Assembly: GCA_964016885.1 (NCBI GenBank)
Contig: OZ024740.1
Location: 395,250,001-395,314,000, forward strand
Reading direction: 5' to 3'
Source: Eledone cirrhosa
Taxonomy: Eukaryota
Length of the DNA stretch: 64,000 bases
Shown here: positions 25,020-37,345 of the stretch, one piece after another
Layout of the letters: each line of letters starts with the position of its first letter
How positions within the stretch are numbered: position 1 is the first letter of the stretch
Notes under the pieces: model-generated
Database searches by the model: none
The model's input: the letters and a program-made list of their open reading frames with translations, nothing else
What the model was told of the DNA's origin: nothing
Program-made: the position numbers and the translations under genes

Positions 25020-27240
25020 TTGGACTGGGAGTATTGGTAGAGCATCAGACAACATGCTTTGGGGCATAGAGTTATGGCCCTTTATGTTCTGAGTTCAAAT
25101 CCCGCTGAGGTTAGCTTTGCCTTTCATCTATATGGGGGTTGATAAAATAAAGTACCAGTAACTCACTGGGATCAATTTAATTCATTTTCCCCTTCCCCAA
25201 AAAATTGTTGGCCTTGTGCCTAAATTAGAAACCATTATTATAGAGTCATTAGAACATTGGATAGAATGTTTTATGGTATTCGTTCCAGCTCTCTGTCGTC
25301 AGGGTTCAAATCCCGCAGAGGTCAACTTTGCCTTTCATCCTTATGGGGTCAATAAAATAAAGTACCAGTAACGTACTGGGATAATTGGTGGCCTTGTGCC
25401 AAAAGTAGAAACAATTATTATACAAGTTGTTTTTGCTACAAATTTTTAATATGTATGGATTGGCTCTTAACAATCAGACTTTCATCCATTGTTAGGTAAA
25501 GACTTCAATGAAGAATTAAGCATGTAGCCTAGTGTTTAGGGTATTGACCTTACAGTTATAAGGTCATGGGTTCAATTTCTGGACTGGACTGAGCAAAACA
25601 CTTCATTCCACACTGTCTCTGTCTATTCAGTTGATTCAATAAGCAGCTAGTAGTAAAGCTTGCGATGGACTGTCACTTAACATTTCATGAAACTGGGATA
25701 CACTAGGGCCTGATGAGCTTCTCAGCTCAGAATAGACTTTTACTTAAATATAGTCGAGTGGAGTTGCCATCAATTGCCATTACGATATTACCTTATTTTA
25801 ATATTATATGTGCCATAAATAATTGTTTCTACTTTTGGCACAAGGCAATTACCCAGTACATTACTGGTACTTTATTTTATCAACCCCGTAAGGATGAAAG
25901 GTAAAGTTAACCTCGACGGGATTTGAACTCAGACCATAAAGGGACGTAACTATGCTATTATTTATGTGCCATAAATAATTGTTTCTACTTTTGGCACAAG
26001 GCCAGCAATTACCCAGTGTATTACTGGTACTTTATTTTATCGACCCCGTAAGGATGAAAGGCAAAGTTAACCTCAGCGGGATTTGAACTCAGATCGTAAA
26101 GGGGCGTAACTACGCTGGAAAGCATGTCTGACCCTCTACCAATACTGCCAATTCACCACCATTAATGTGCCAGAAATAATAAAAGGTAGACATATTTTCT
26201 CACCACCCACCCCCTTTATTTGAGTCACTGTCTTGTAACTTGTTCATCTCATGTTGTAATTTTCACTTACTATATGATGTCATGTGGCTTTCAGTGAGCT
26301 GATCATCCTTCAATATATAATTGTTTCTACTTTTGGCACAAGGCCAGCAATTACCCAGTGTATTACGGGTACTTTATTTTATTGACCCCGTAAGGATGAA
26401 AGGCAAAGTTAACCTCGGCGGGATTTGAACTCAGAATGGCAAGGGCCATAACTCTATGCGTCAAAGCATGGCGTCCGACCCACTAATAATACTGCCAATC
26501 CACCATCAATATATAATGGGGACCATTTAAGTGTGAACAGTTCATTTCATTTTTATTTCTTGATCAAAGCCAACAACATTTTTACGCAATAAAGGTAACC
26601 ACCTAAAGTATATTTTTTTCTGGTAAGTTTATTTTTCAATAACATTATTTTCTTATTTTTGAAGATTTTTCTTTTCCAAACACCAACTATGGAATATTTT
26701 CTCATTGAAAAAGCAAAATGCACTTGTTGGTTTGAATGGCATAAAAGTGTAGTAACAATTAATAATAATAAAAATAATAACTTGCAGTACAGGAACTTTA
26801 GATATGTAAGACTTTCATTGGGTTTTGTCGAGATATAAAAAGGATATGAATTTTTGTATTGGTTCACACTTAAATAACTGAGTGGTAAGAGAATTGGATT
26901 TGCAATCGTAAGGTTGTGAGTTTGATTCTTGGACCAGGTGATGCATTATCTCCTTGAGCAAGACACTTTATTTCATGTTGCTCCTTCTACCTGGAGTTGC
27001 AACTGATAGAGAGTATTAGCAATTGGAAAGACCAATGGAAATGTCGATATATAATTGTTTCTACTTTAGGCACAAGGCCAGCAATTACCCAGTACATTAC
27101 TGATACTTTATTTTATCGACCCCGTAAGGATGAAAGGCAAAGTTAACCTCGGCGGGATTTGAACTCAGACTGTAAAGGGACGTAACTATGCTAGAAAGCA
27201 TGGCGTCCAACCCTCTACCGATACTGCCAATTCACCGCCC
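25020..27240. mobile_element. Cluster of at least six SINE family B copies (+ at ~25020-25420; - at ~25818-26160, 26318-26505, 27050-27240)
   Basis: Repeated GAGTTCAAATCCCGC.GAGGTTAACTTTGCCTTTCATCCTTACGGGGTCGATAAAATAAAGTACCAGT. Confidence 0.9.
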
Positions 27241-27291
27241 TTCGATATATAATAAATAAGAGACATGGTTTTATTCGTACACCCCTATTTT

Positions 27292-27363
27292 ATTCATTAT
27301 ACATATTTTGAAGATGTAAAGTAGTTATATAATAATTGCCTTACACATTCTCTTCAGACAAAC
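27292..27363 (-). ncRNA. Decayed hammerhead (15-kb family)
   Basis: rc: GTTTGT CTGAAGA GAATGTGTAAGG..CTTTACATCTTC AAAA TATGTA TA ATGAAT. The GAAA>AAAA change is consistent with CpG decay. Confidence 0.55.
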
Positions 27364-27609
27364 ATACAAATGAGATGTAATATTCCATCGATATGTTACC
27401 AGTCGGCATGTTATTCACTTCGCCGACCAATACACATATTGAAATATATATATATATATAGGTAGATAGATATATATAGATTGATAGATAGATTAGGGGT
27501 TGTAATGTTACTGTAAAGTTACTGTAGATTCACCAAAGTGAGCACTCAATACGTAGTTTCTAGTATGTATTTTGGTATTGTACTAAGCAGAGTGTAAGGG
27601 AATTATTCT

Positions 27610-27760
27610 GTCATTACCATAACAGAAGTCCAATGAGCTTTTGATTCCAGAGTTGGGCCCGATTGATACAAATTAAACCTTGAGCTGATCAATTATCAAA
27701 ACACGTGTCACTCCTCAATAAATGTAATGAAAATTTAATACCTCCTCCATAGTATTATTA
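27610..27760 (+). ncRNA. Decayed hammerhead with enlarged stem II
   Basis: AGAAGT CCAATGA GCTTTTGAT..ATCAATTATC AAAAC ACGT GTC ACTCCT CAATAAA; homologous to 56640-56990. Confidence 0.55.
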
Positions 27761-28597
27761 CATATGAGTGTGTGTGTGTGCATTCCCCCAAGAATAGTGG
27801 GACTAATTTTTTTCCCCGCTCTCTAAATATATGACATTACCAGTTTCATTTAATATCATTGATTGTATCCTTAATTTGTTGCATTCATGCAGCATGGTAT
27901 AGCACAACCAAAGGAATAAGAAGTTTGCTGTAGAACTATGAAATCCCAGGTTTGATTTCACTGTGGCATCTTGAACAGATGTCTTTTACCATAGCTTCAA
28001 GTCAACCTAATTCTTTTGAGTGAGATTTGGCAGTCAGCAAAAGTGTAGAAACAAACTGGATGGATAGTGTCTGTAATTCAAAGATTCAACCTTGTAACAG
28101 TGTTATGCTGGTTCAGCCTAAAGATGATATTAAAGGCATATGTGTCTGTGAAATACTCAGCTACTTATACTCTAATTCAATAAGCAGGGGCCCAGTTGAT
28201 TGAACAACTGAATACTCATCATCAAATCAATAGAGATCCATTTATATCAATGATTTGAACTTAAAATATTTTGTTTTCTATGCATTTTCAAAATAAGCAT
28301 ACTCATCATGGAGAAGGAAATGAAAGACAAGAGGTTTCAGTGGTTCATCACTCAGTTCCTAGAACCTCTTCCATCCATGTCTCACTCTATTTACTGTTAA
28401 CAATTCTCATCCACCTTCTCCTTTCAGTATGTCTCCAAAGTAACTAAATGTCTTCATATCTTCCACCTTCATACCATTCCCATTAGTCTTTCTTTTGAGA
28501 TATTTATTAGGAAAACCAATTTAGAAATGAGCTTGTATTGATGGTATACACATCAAGGCTAACTGAAGATCTGTGTAGAAATAATAATGATGAAGAT

Positions 28598-28629
<32 letters not shown>

Positions 28630-30274
28630 AAAACAACTCCAAGATGATGACTATCTATGTTTTAGAGTCTGTAAATTTGCATGAGTGTGGAGAACGTTAT
28701 GTGCAGTACAAGAGGGTACAGAAATAAAGAAGAATTTATGTAAGTATGTATGTATGTATGTATGTATGTATGTATGTTTGTATGTATGTATGTACGTACG
28801 TACGTATGTACGTACATATGTGTGTATGTACATATGTACATATGTATGCATGTGTATATGCATGTATGTACATGATACTGAAGCTATTCTTTATTAGATT
28901 AGCATAGATTTAGTTTCCATATAGTGTATCAATATCAAAAGCAAATCAACGCAGCAGAATTCATTGCTTTCCAGTCTACAAAAACTGTCTGGGAATTGCT
29001 GGTGTGAGTTAGAAAATAATTTAAACAGTTTAATGAGGAACTGTAGTTAGGTTTCATACTTGGTTTGTTAGAAGCTTACCATCTTTCTTCGGCACTTACA
29101 ACATGTGCATTTATGTAAATATATATAATTTAAAACATATATCAACATCAACATTTTTTTTCTTTTTGGCAACTAGTACATTTATTTGTGGAGTAAGTAA
29201 ACAGTTGGAAAAAAGCAATATGTTTTATTTGGTTACTTGTAAAATAATAAAATCAATATTTGAATAAATAAGACTAAGATTTAACCATGCATTTTACAGT
29301 ATAAATAAATTCTTCCTAAGTTAAATGAAGATATCTCTTCAAGCTTTATTATCGTCTATGTTTACCTATAAAAAAGAACCAATTCTTCATTTCTGGTCTT
29401 TTCTGCTTAACTTCTCCAGTCTTTTTTTTTTCAAGTGTTTATCATCCTGTTTTCAATTTCTTTATCTAACTTTCCACCTGTCTTAATAATGTTATTTTTG
29501 GATAAAAAGAAGTAGAAAAAAAGATCAGCAGAATTGCAGTGATATCAGAAGTGCAATTGGTTTTTAAACAGATTTTGATTTGAAGAAATAGGTTAAAGAA
29601 GCTGCATGTTTCATTAAGTTTAGTCCTTAAAATATACATACACATATAAATAAATATAGCAAAATAAATTGATTACTAAATGTCGAGTCATGGGGGAAAG
29701 AAAGATTAATTAAAACCTGCTAAGCTATTGATAATCATGTCACAGGTTCAAAACTGATAGTTTTTAAATTAAATTTGGTATTCCATCAGAAATTCATTAC
29801 TTGGTTTCAATAACATCTGGTTCACCTAGAGAAAACTTAACTCTACTTCACAAGAAAATAGATATTGCTCTCAAAATGTGGTGGAGTGATTGCCATTATA
29901 CAAACATGACGTTCAACCATAAGAAGACAGCTGCTTCAAGAACTAAAAAAGAATCGTCTGAATATTTAAAATCAACAAAGAACTTTGTTTAATCATTTCT
30001 CATGATTCAATGCACACAGAGAGCTAAGGACTGGAGTTCTCTGTAATACTGATCAGGAAAGTTTGAATGAATAAATTCTATTTCTTTTTTTTTTTCTGAA
30101 CACATATTCTAATGAACATCATTTTCATTGAAGAGACATTTTATTTATATAGATGGAAAGATGCAGATCTATTTAAAAGTAAATGCTTATTAAAGCTCAA
30201 TGGAGATTTTAAGTGTTGATGTTTGAATGTAACATTCCTATGTGCTGGTACCTATTCTTAGCACTAAGTCAATG

Positions 30275-30460
30275 AGGGAGCCTCTAAGAATGTTGCTCAA
30301 TCTGTTAGGAATTGCAGCAAAATATCTCTCAAATCATATACTACCATCTTAAAAAAGGAAGGACATATTACAAAGTATAGTCCTAGCCACATTGGGAAAA
30401 TAGATGGGATGATTACAGCTAGAAGCTCTCTGAACTGAGACTAAATCATAACAACCTACC
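30275..30460 (+). mobile_element. SINE family C copy (others near 6.4, 12.2-12.4, 14.7, 32.0, 38.5, 39.1, 39.7, 42.3 and 62.1 kb)
   Basis: Recurrent GCTAGAAATAGCAGCCAAATCTCCCTCAAATCAC..GGATGGTCA..TTTGATCATAG..(CAA)n. Confidence 0.65.
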
Positions 30461-31311
30461 TAGGTAAACTGAGATTATGTCAAAGAAGGAATTCTTCACA
30501 GAAATCCAATAAAAACAAAACTATCAGCAGTAAATTTATCTCACACTCTATGAGCAGGTAGTTCAGATAGGCAGTATGTCCTGATCAAGCAACCACATGG
30601 AGGATTGATACTTCTTTAACAGTCTTTTTCTGTGGTGAAATTTGAACCCAGCAATGCAAACTAATGAAACAGTTGTTACACAGTGTCTTTAAATGGAGTG
30701 ACTATGTAAACAAAGGAGAGAGAACTTAACTTATTATTTCCAGAAAACCTTATGGTTGCTCATGCTAAGTACTGTAATATTTGGAAGGAAGCAGGATAAT
30801 GCAGTACATCTAAAGTTATGATATTTTGTCTGACTGACATAGCTCCAACTTCAGGCAAGTTTTGTGATATTCATAGGCTAGTGTGATTTCTGCCTCTAAC
30901 TAGTTTCTTATTTTGGATCACATTTCATTTTCATGCCTTTTCAACTGAATTTTAACATTTAGAAATTTAGAAATGTCTTTACTTAAACCTAAAATGAGAC
31001 AGAACGTTAATGGAAGCTTCTTCTATAGATGTTCTATCTCAAACTCTGTATAGTTGAAGACATAGATTGATGAACACTTAGTTATAATTTAATTTCCTCT
31101 CTGAACTCATCATCATCCACAGCATGTTAGACTTGCTTTTGATGAGATGTCAGATTTTTAGCCAAAATGTTGACAGTTGCTAGCCTAAACAATGGTTGGT
31201 AGTTAATCTTAGTAAGGCTGACTGAGATATTGTAGAGTTCAGTATCTTTTTTTTCTTTCTTTTCCTTTTTGGCTTTTCATTATACACTACTGATTGATTT
31301 GATAAGAAGGA

Positions 31312-31698
31312 TCATCATCATCATCATCATTTCATTTTACGTCTGTTTTTCCCTACTTGCAAGGGTGGGACAGGAATTGATTCTGGCTTGATTTCTACAG
31401 CTGGATGCCCTTCCTAACACCAACCTCATTTACATTGAGTGCTGGGTGCTTTTTTGCCTTGGCACCTCCACGACCACTTTGCAGTGGAATGATATGGACC
31501 CCAGTCCTTATCATCTCATTTCTACAGCTGAGTAAACTGGAGCAATGTGAAATAAAGTGTCTTGCTCAAGGAAACAACACATCACCCGGTCTGAGAATTG
31601 AACTCACAACCTTTCGATTGCAAGGCCAATGCTCTAACCACTAAGCCATGTGCCTCCATTGCAAGGCCAATGCTCTAACCACTAAGCCATGTGCCTCC
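31312..31698 (-). mobile_element. tRNA-derived SINE family A, full length, with a duplicated 40-bp head
   Basis: rc GGAGGCACATGGCTTAGTGGTTAGAGC..GAGTTCAATTC..AGGAAGGGCATCCAGC..GACGTAAAATG(ATG)n. Confidence 0.93.
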
Positions 31699-33806
31699 AT
31701 ATGATGGATATGAATTAAAATAACCATTTTTTCGTCTTTTCAAGAAACATCAGCATCTCAAGATCTCTTGCTATATAGCCCAGTGCATCTATGACAATGG
31801 TTATAAATTAGAATTTATAGCTACCATACAAAGCTGTTGGTTTCCCAATACTTTACCATTGATATTCTTCTTCTCTGCAAATATGCACAAGATATTTCCA
31901 ATGCTATTGACCCCAAAACTAGAACATTAATTTGTATTCTTATCAGAGAAAACATATAAGAGCAGATTTTATTGGAATATTACACCACAAGCATTCCTTA
32001 TTTTTAAAGTTGCAACTACCTCTGTTTGATGAATCAATCTGCTAGAAATAGCAGTCCAAATCCCCTTAAATCACACTCTAATATCTTTTAAAAATGAACA
32101 TATTGGATATGTGTGCCTGACAAAATACACTGTGCCTGACAAAAACACTGAAGACAGAATGGTCACGGTTGGAATGCTTTTTGATCATAGGTATACTTGA
32201 TTAAAGCTGGGTTAAACCCTTAGCTATTGATGGTACTCATTTTTAGCTGAGTATACTGGAGCAATGTGAAATGAAGTGTTTTGCTCAAGATCACAACACA
32301 CAACCCAAGAATCAAACCCACAACGTTATGATTGTAAGTCCAACATCATTACCACAAGGCCATGTGCCTCCACAGCTATACAAGAAGATAGACAAATATG
32401 TAGGTGAGCAAATGTCTTCAGGTGTCAGAAATGTAATGAACTTCCAGCATTTTTCCACTGTGGTTATTAGAATTTGGTTATTTGCATGCATGGACATAAT
32501 GCATCAGTTGAACTGTCATCTTGTAAATTGCTGTTGTATGACTATGTGTAATTTCAAAATAGTTTCACCATTCAGCTTCAGTAATTAATTTAGATGTCAG
32601 ACAATGTCAAATGAAGTGAAATGTGAAATTTTCGTATTTTAAGATTTTTTTCCTTCCAGAAATTGCTGTGTTAAACCAAAATATACAGCTAGTCTTCACA
32701 ATAGAAAAGTTTGAATTTCTTGTATTTCTGAAATATTAAAAAAAGTTTTGTCATTTGTTATAACAGAAAAGATATTCAGTCATCTGATATTGTTGAGTAG
32801 GTATCTTAGATGGAACAACAGGTTTTTATCCTGTTACTGATGTTGCAATGTCCTTATTCAAGGCATTTAACTCATACTGGTTCAGTTCATCTTGCTTTAA
32901 ATAAGTGAATACTTCCTATTGTTGAAAGAAACAGAAGTATAGTAAATGAGAAAAGTTTTACTTTAGTTTGCAGTGTTAAGTTTAAGACCTTATTTGGAAA
33001 GAATTTGGGTTCTATCCTATTGCATGGCCCTTTGGGCAAATACATTTTACTATACAACCTTAAGCTGATAAAAGAATTTTGAATGAAATTGGTAGTTGGA
33101 AACTGTATGAAGTCCATCATATATGTATGTATCTGTGTATTTATCTTAGTATATTTGCTTTGCATTTGATGTCATTAGCAGTGTTAGTTTATGTAGATGT
33201 TAGTTTATGTCCCACATAAACAGACATTACACAATTCAGAAGTTTGAAGAGCCATATCTAACTTAAATAAGTCAGGGTTGGTATTAGGCAGGACATCTGA
33301 ATATAGAATTTTGCTTCAGAAAGTTTCATGCAAACTATGCCAGCATAGAAAAAAGGCATGGAAAAACAAAATGATGTAAAGTACTTGAAATTATGGAGAG
33401 AAACCAGCTGTAGAAACTATGTTGGAACAGAATATATTGAGCAAGAAGCACAATAGCTCCAATAAGTATCGACTTGGTCTGTAATGTTATGTCAAACTCA
33501 TGCCGGCATGGAAAGAAGGATGTAAAATGATGAGGGTGATGATTATGATGTTTGGGTGTATATTGTTGTTGTTGCCTTCTTTTAAATAAAGCTAACACCA
33601 GGTGTAATCTTTAAATAAAGCTATCATTGGGTGTAATCTTTAGGTAAATATTTAATTAATGTTTTTCAAGATATTCTATTAGTTGCAATGCTTAAATCTA
33701 CTCTATAATCCCTTATATATAAGTGTGTGTATGTGTGTGTTAAGATATGAAACGTTGGTATTGCTATAAAATACATATCAAACATAAATATATATATATA
33801 TCCAAT

Positions 33807-34132
33807 GGAGGCACATGGCTTAGTGGTTAGAGCATTGGCCTTGCAATCGAAAGGTTGTGAGTTCAATTCTCAGACCGGGTGATGTGTTGTTTCCTTGAGC
33901 AAGGCACTTTATTTCACATTGCTCCAGTTTACTCAGCTGTAGAAATGAGATGATAGGGACTGGGGTCCATATCATTCCACTGTAAAGTGGTCGTGGAGGT
34001 GCCACGGCAAAAAAGCACCCAGCACTCACTGTAAATGAGGTTGGTGTTAGGAAGGGCCTCCAGCTGTAGAAATCAAGCCAGAATCAGTTCCCATCCCACC
34101 CTTGGCAGACGTAAAATGATGATGATGATGAT
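33807..34132 (+). mobile_element. SINE family A
   Basis: Near-identical to the other family A copies. Confidence 0.93.
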
Positions 34133-34456
34133 TATATATATATGTGTGTGTGTGTGTGTGTGCATATATATATATAGGGCATCCAGCTGCCATCAAAAAC
34201 TCACTCCAAACACAGCCCACTATGAGCAAGGTATGGTGTGGCCAACTGGCCAGACCTCTTTCATAATGGAACCACCCAGTTCCTCACTGTAATTGTGGTT
34301 GGTGTTAGGAAGGGCATCCAGCTGGCCAGACTTGTCTCATAATGTGGACGACCCGTCAAACCCATGCAAGCATGGAAAAATAGACGTTAAATGATGATGA
34401 TGATAATATATATAAATATATATACATACATGTTTCCAAGTATATATGTATGCATG

Positions 34457-34489
<33 letters not shown>

Positions 34490-34582
34490 GTGAGGTTTTT
34501 TTTTACAAATTGAAAAATAACCGAGGTGAAAGTATAAAGAGATGAAATCAAAAGGTGAAAGTATAAAGAGATGAAATCGAAA

Positions 34583-34839
34583 AGAAAAAGAGATGAAATC
34601 GAAAATGCAACTGGAGTCTTATTTTTTTATTAAAAAATATATATATTTATTTGGTTCCTTTACCGGTTTCGCAGTTCTTCTGCTTTTCAAAAGGTGAGTT
34701 GAGAAAAACCACAGACCCTCCATCTCAACTCACCTTTTGAAAAGCAGAAGAACTGCGAAACCGGTAAAGGAACCAAATAAATATATATATTTTTAATAAA
34801 AAAATAAGACTCCAGTTGCATTTTCGATTTCATCTCTTT

Positions 34840-34843
<4 letters not shown>
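34583..34843. repeat. Near-perfect ~120-bp inverted repeat with 18-bp spacer, carrying a variant hammerhead
   Basis: Arms 34583-34704 and 34723-34843. Confidence 0.92.
34733..34770 (+). ncRNA. Variant minimal hammerhead (UUGAAAA core); mirror copy at ~34657-34694 on -
   Basis: CCTT TTGAAAA GCAG aagaa CTGC GAAA CCGG TA AAGG, then AATAAA. Confidence 0.65.
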
Positions 34844-34875
<32 letters not shown>

Positions 34876-35339
34876 GTAAAATAAATATAATAAATGCTTG
34901 CTTTTTAGGTTTGTCTACTTAAATATAGTTATTCTGAACTGGATACACATGGTTAATATTTATATATATATATAAGTATGTACGTACATGTATACAGACG
35001 TACAGTAGTATGTATATATATATACATACATGCACACATATATATATATGTACGTATGGATTCACCGAACATTTATTATAATGCTCGGTGTGTTTGTAAA
35101 CAAACATCCCGTATTAAGCCGTAGTGTCTAGCAACCATCGTTGCTCGTTTGTTCAACATTTATTATAATAAATGTTCGGTGAATCCATACGTACATATAT
35201 ATATGTGTGCATATATATATATATGTACGTGTACATACTTATATTTAAGTAACAGCCGTACTAAGAGTGGGAAATGAAATTTCATTTCATTTTTTCCGTT
35301 TATCGTTTTCGGTGCACCCGGCCGATTAACCCACTCGAT

Positions 35340-35387
35340 ATGCAAATTGGGCTACTCAGCCGTTAATATGCATAAGGTAAGTATATA
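35340..35387 (+). promoter_or_regulatory. Octamer ATGCAAAT + GGCTACTCAGCC + TATATA
   Basis: Block conserved with the diverged copy at 48308-48356 (-). Confidence 0.6.
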
Positions 35388-35388
35388 C

Positions 35389-35476
35389 GTTCAACAATCT
35401 GGCAGGAAGGTATACGTTGCTGACGATAGCTAATAAGCTTGAAACTAGTACAGTGTTCCTTTGTCAGTGTTGAACA
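35389..35476 (+). ncRNA. Minimal type I hammerhead in a long enclosing stem
   Basis: GTTG CTGACGA TAGC taataa GCTT GAAA CTAG TA CAGT. Outer pairing GTTCAACA..CTGGCAG / TTGTCAG TGTTGAAC. Confidence 0.78.
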
Positions 35477-35723
35477 AACGAGCAACGATGGTTGCTAGAC
35501 ACTTCGGCTTAATACGGGATGTTTGTTTACAAACACACCGAGCATTATAATAAATGTTCGGTGAATCCATACGTACATATATATATGTGTGCATGTATGT
35601 ATATATATATATACATACTACTGTACATCTGTATACATATATGTATGTACCTGTACATACTTATATTTAAGTAACAGCCGTACTAAGAGTGGGAAATGAA
35701 ATTTCGTTTCGTTTTTTTCCGTT

Positions 35724-35762
<39 letters not shown>

Positions 35763-37057
35763 GTATATATATGTATATATATATACATATATATATATAC
35801 ATATACATATGTGTGTATGTGTATGTGTGTGTGTGCATCTGCATGTCATATGCATCTTCATATCAACATTTAAAGCAACCAACATTATTAGTTTGTATCT
35901 CACATAAGCTGAATAACAGTTGATGAAGATGAGCTGTATATACAATGTTTATGAAAATAAATTATGGGTTGACATCAGAAAGGGTGTCCAGCTGAAGAAA
36001 AGCTGCCTTGTAATGTCTTGTCAACACCCATGCCAGCAATGAAAAGTTAAAGTTATAATGATGATATATTAATTATATAGGTAAACTTAGAGGCTTCAAT
36101 ATACTAAAATATCTTTCCTTCATCCTTATGATATAATAATATTTTGGCTAACTGAGACAGTTGTCACCTTTTACATACAATGATTTATTCATATAGATAC
36201 TGGAGGACATAAATGGGAATTGACAAGTTTTATTGTCAAGTATGTAGCACAAGTAAATTCATGGACACACTCTTTACTAATATAACACTGCTGATATTAA
36301 TAATAATATTTTAAAAAGACGTTTATTTCATACAAATCTTTTTTCTTTTTTTTTATTAAATCTATAGTGCAATGCTAAAAATTTATTTCGAAGTAATCTG
36401 GGAGTAATATTATGGCAAATTATATGTTGACAAAAGACCTGGATTTCTAGATTTTCTTTGAAATTATACATAATTTCTTCATCATCATCATTGCCAACAA
36501 AGCTGCAACATCCACACCACTATCATTATTATTATCATCATCATCATCAACATCATCATTGATGTCATTATCACCATCATCATCAACATTATTACCATCA
36601 TCATCCTTACCACCACCTTCGTCATGTGGTTGTTTAGTTCATTACAGCAACCAAACTGGTTATAACACATACTATAATTATTGCAGTAATTCCATACTCA
36701 GATATATGGCAACAAATTTCGAATACTTAACATTTGTTATTGTTATTGCTGTTATTACTATTATTGGTATATAGGCAGTCAATTAGTAGAATTATAAAAT
36801 CATCAGACGAAATGCCTTGCAATATTTAGCTATGCCTACATTTAGAGTTCAAATACCACCGAGGTTGACTCTGCCTTTGATAAAACAAAGTACCAATCAA
36901 ATGCTAGAGTTGATTTAATCAACCTAGCTCTTACTACTCCTCTCTAAAAAAATCTTTTTTTCCCTGAGGCCTTTGTTAGAAATTAATAGAATTATCAAGC
37001 TGTCAGACAAAATGCTTTGCAATATTTCTTCTGGCTCTTTACATTCTGAATTTAAAT

Positions 37058-37345
37058 CAGAGGTTCTCAAATTTTGTCCCCCCCCCCCTCATAAGACCCT
37101 CAGCATCCCCCAACATTATTTACAGAGAGACCTGCCTAAACACAAATTGTAAATAATATATAATAAATAAAATTGTTAATTTAATAAATAATATAATATA
37201 TACTATGTATAGATAAATATACATTTTTTTTTATTTTACTATAGGTATATATAATATGTATCATTTGATATTTAGAATACTGTTATATCATTCTACCACC
37301 CCATTAGGTCCCAGCATTTCCCTGTACCTACTTTGAGAACCTCTG
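37058..37345. mobile_element. hAT-superfamily MITE inserted into a SINE B copy
   Basis: TIRs CAGAGGTTCTCAAA / TTTGAGAACCTCTG; 8-bp TSD ATTTAAAT at 37050-37057 and 37346-37353. Confidence 0.9.

Larger units (their letters stand above)
34970..35725 (+). mobile_element. Retrozyme-like element: ~385-bp unit with direct repeats, preceded by an inverted ~190-bp segment
   Basis: 34970-35158 is the reverse complement of 35468-35666; 35162-35303 repeats at 35545-35725. Confidence 0.8.

Noticed and set aside
29795-29992. Exon-like segments on both strands (DSFLVLEAAVFLW on -, ORF 29801-29992 on +)
   Set aside because: In-frame stop or weak splice sites; could not choose a consistent model.
31405-31644. 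Recurrent ORF ..FLQLSKLEQCEIKCLAQGNNTSPGLRIELTTFRLQGQCSNH
   Set aside because: Antisense reading of SINE family A; recurrence reflects copy number.
33807-33880. tRNA-like sequence
   Set aside because: It is a SINE head with A/B boxes, no proper acceptor stem, and it continues into the SINE body in every copy.
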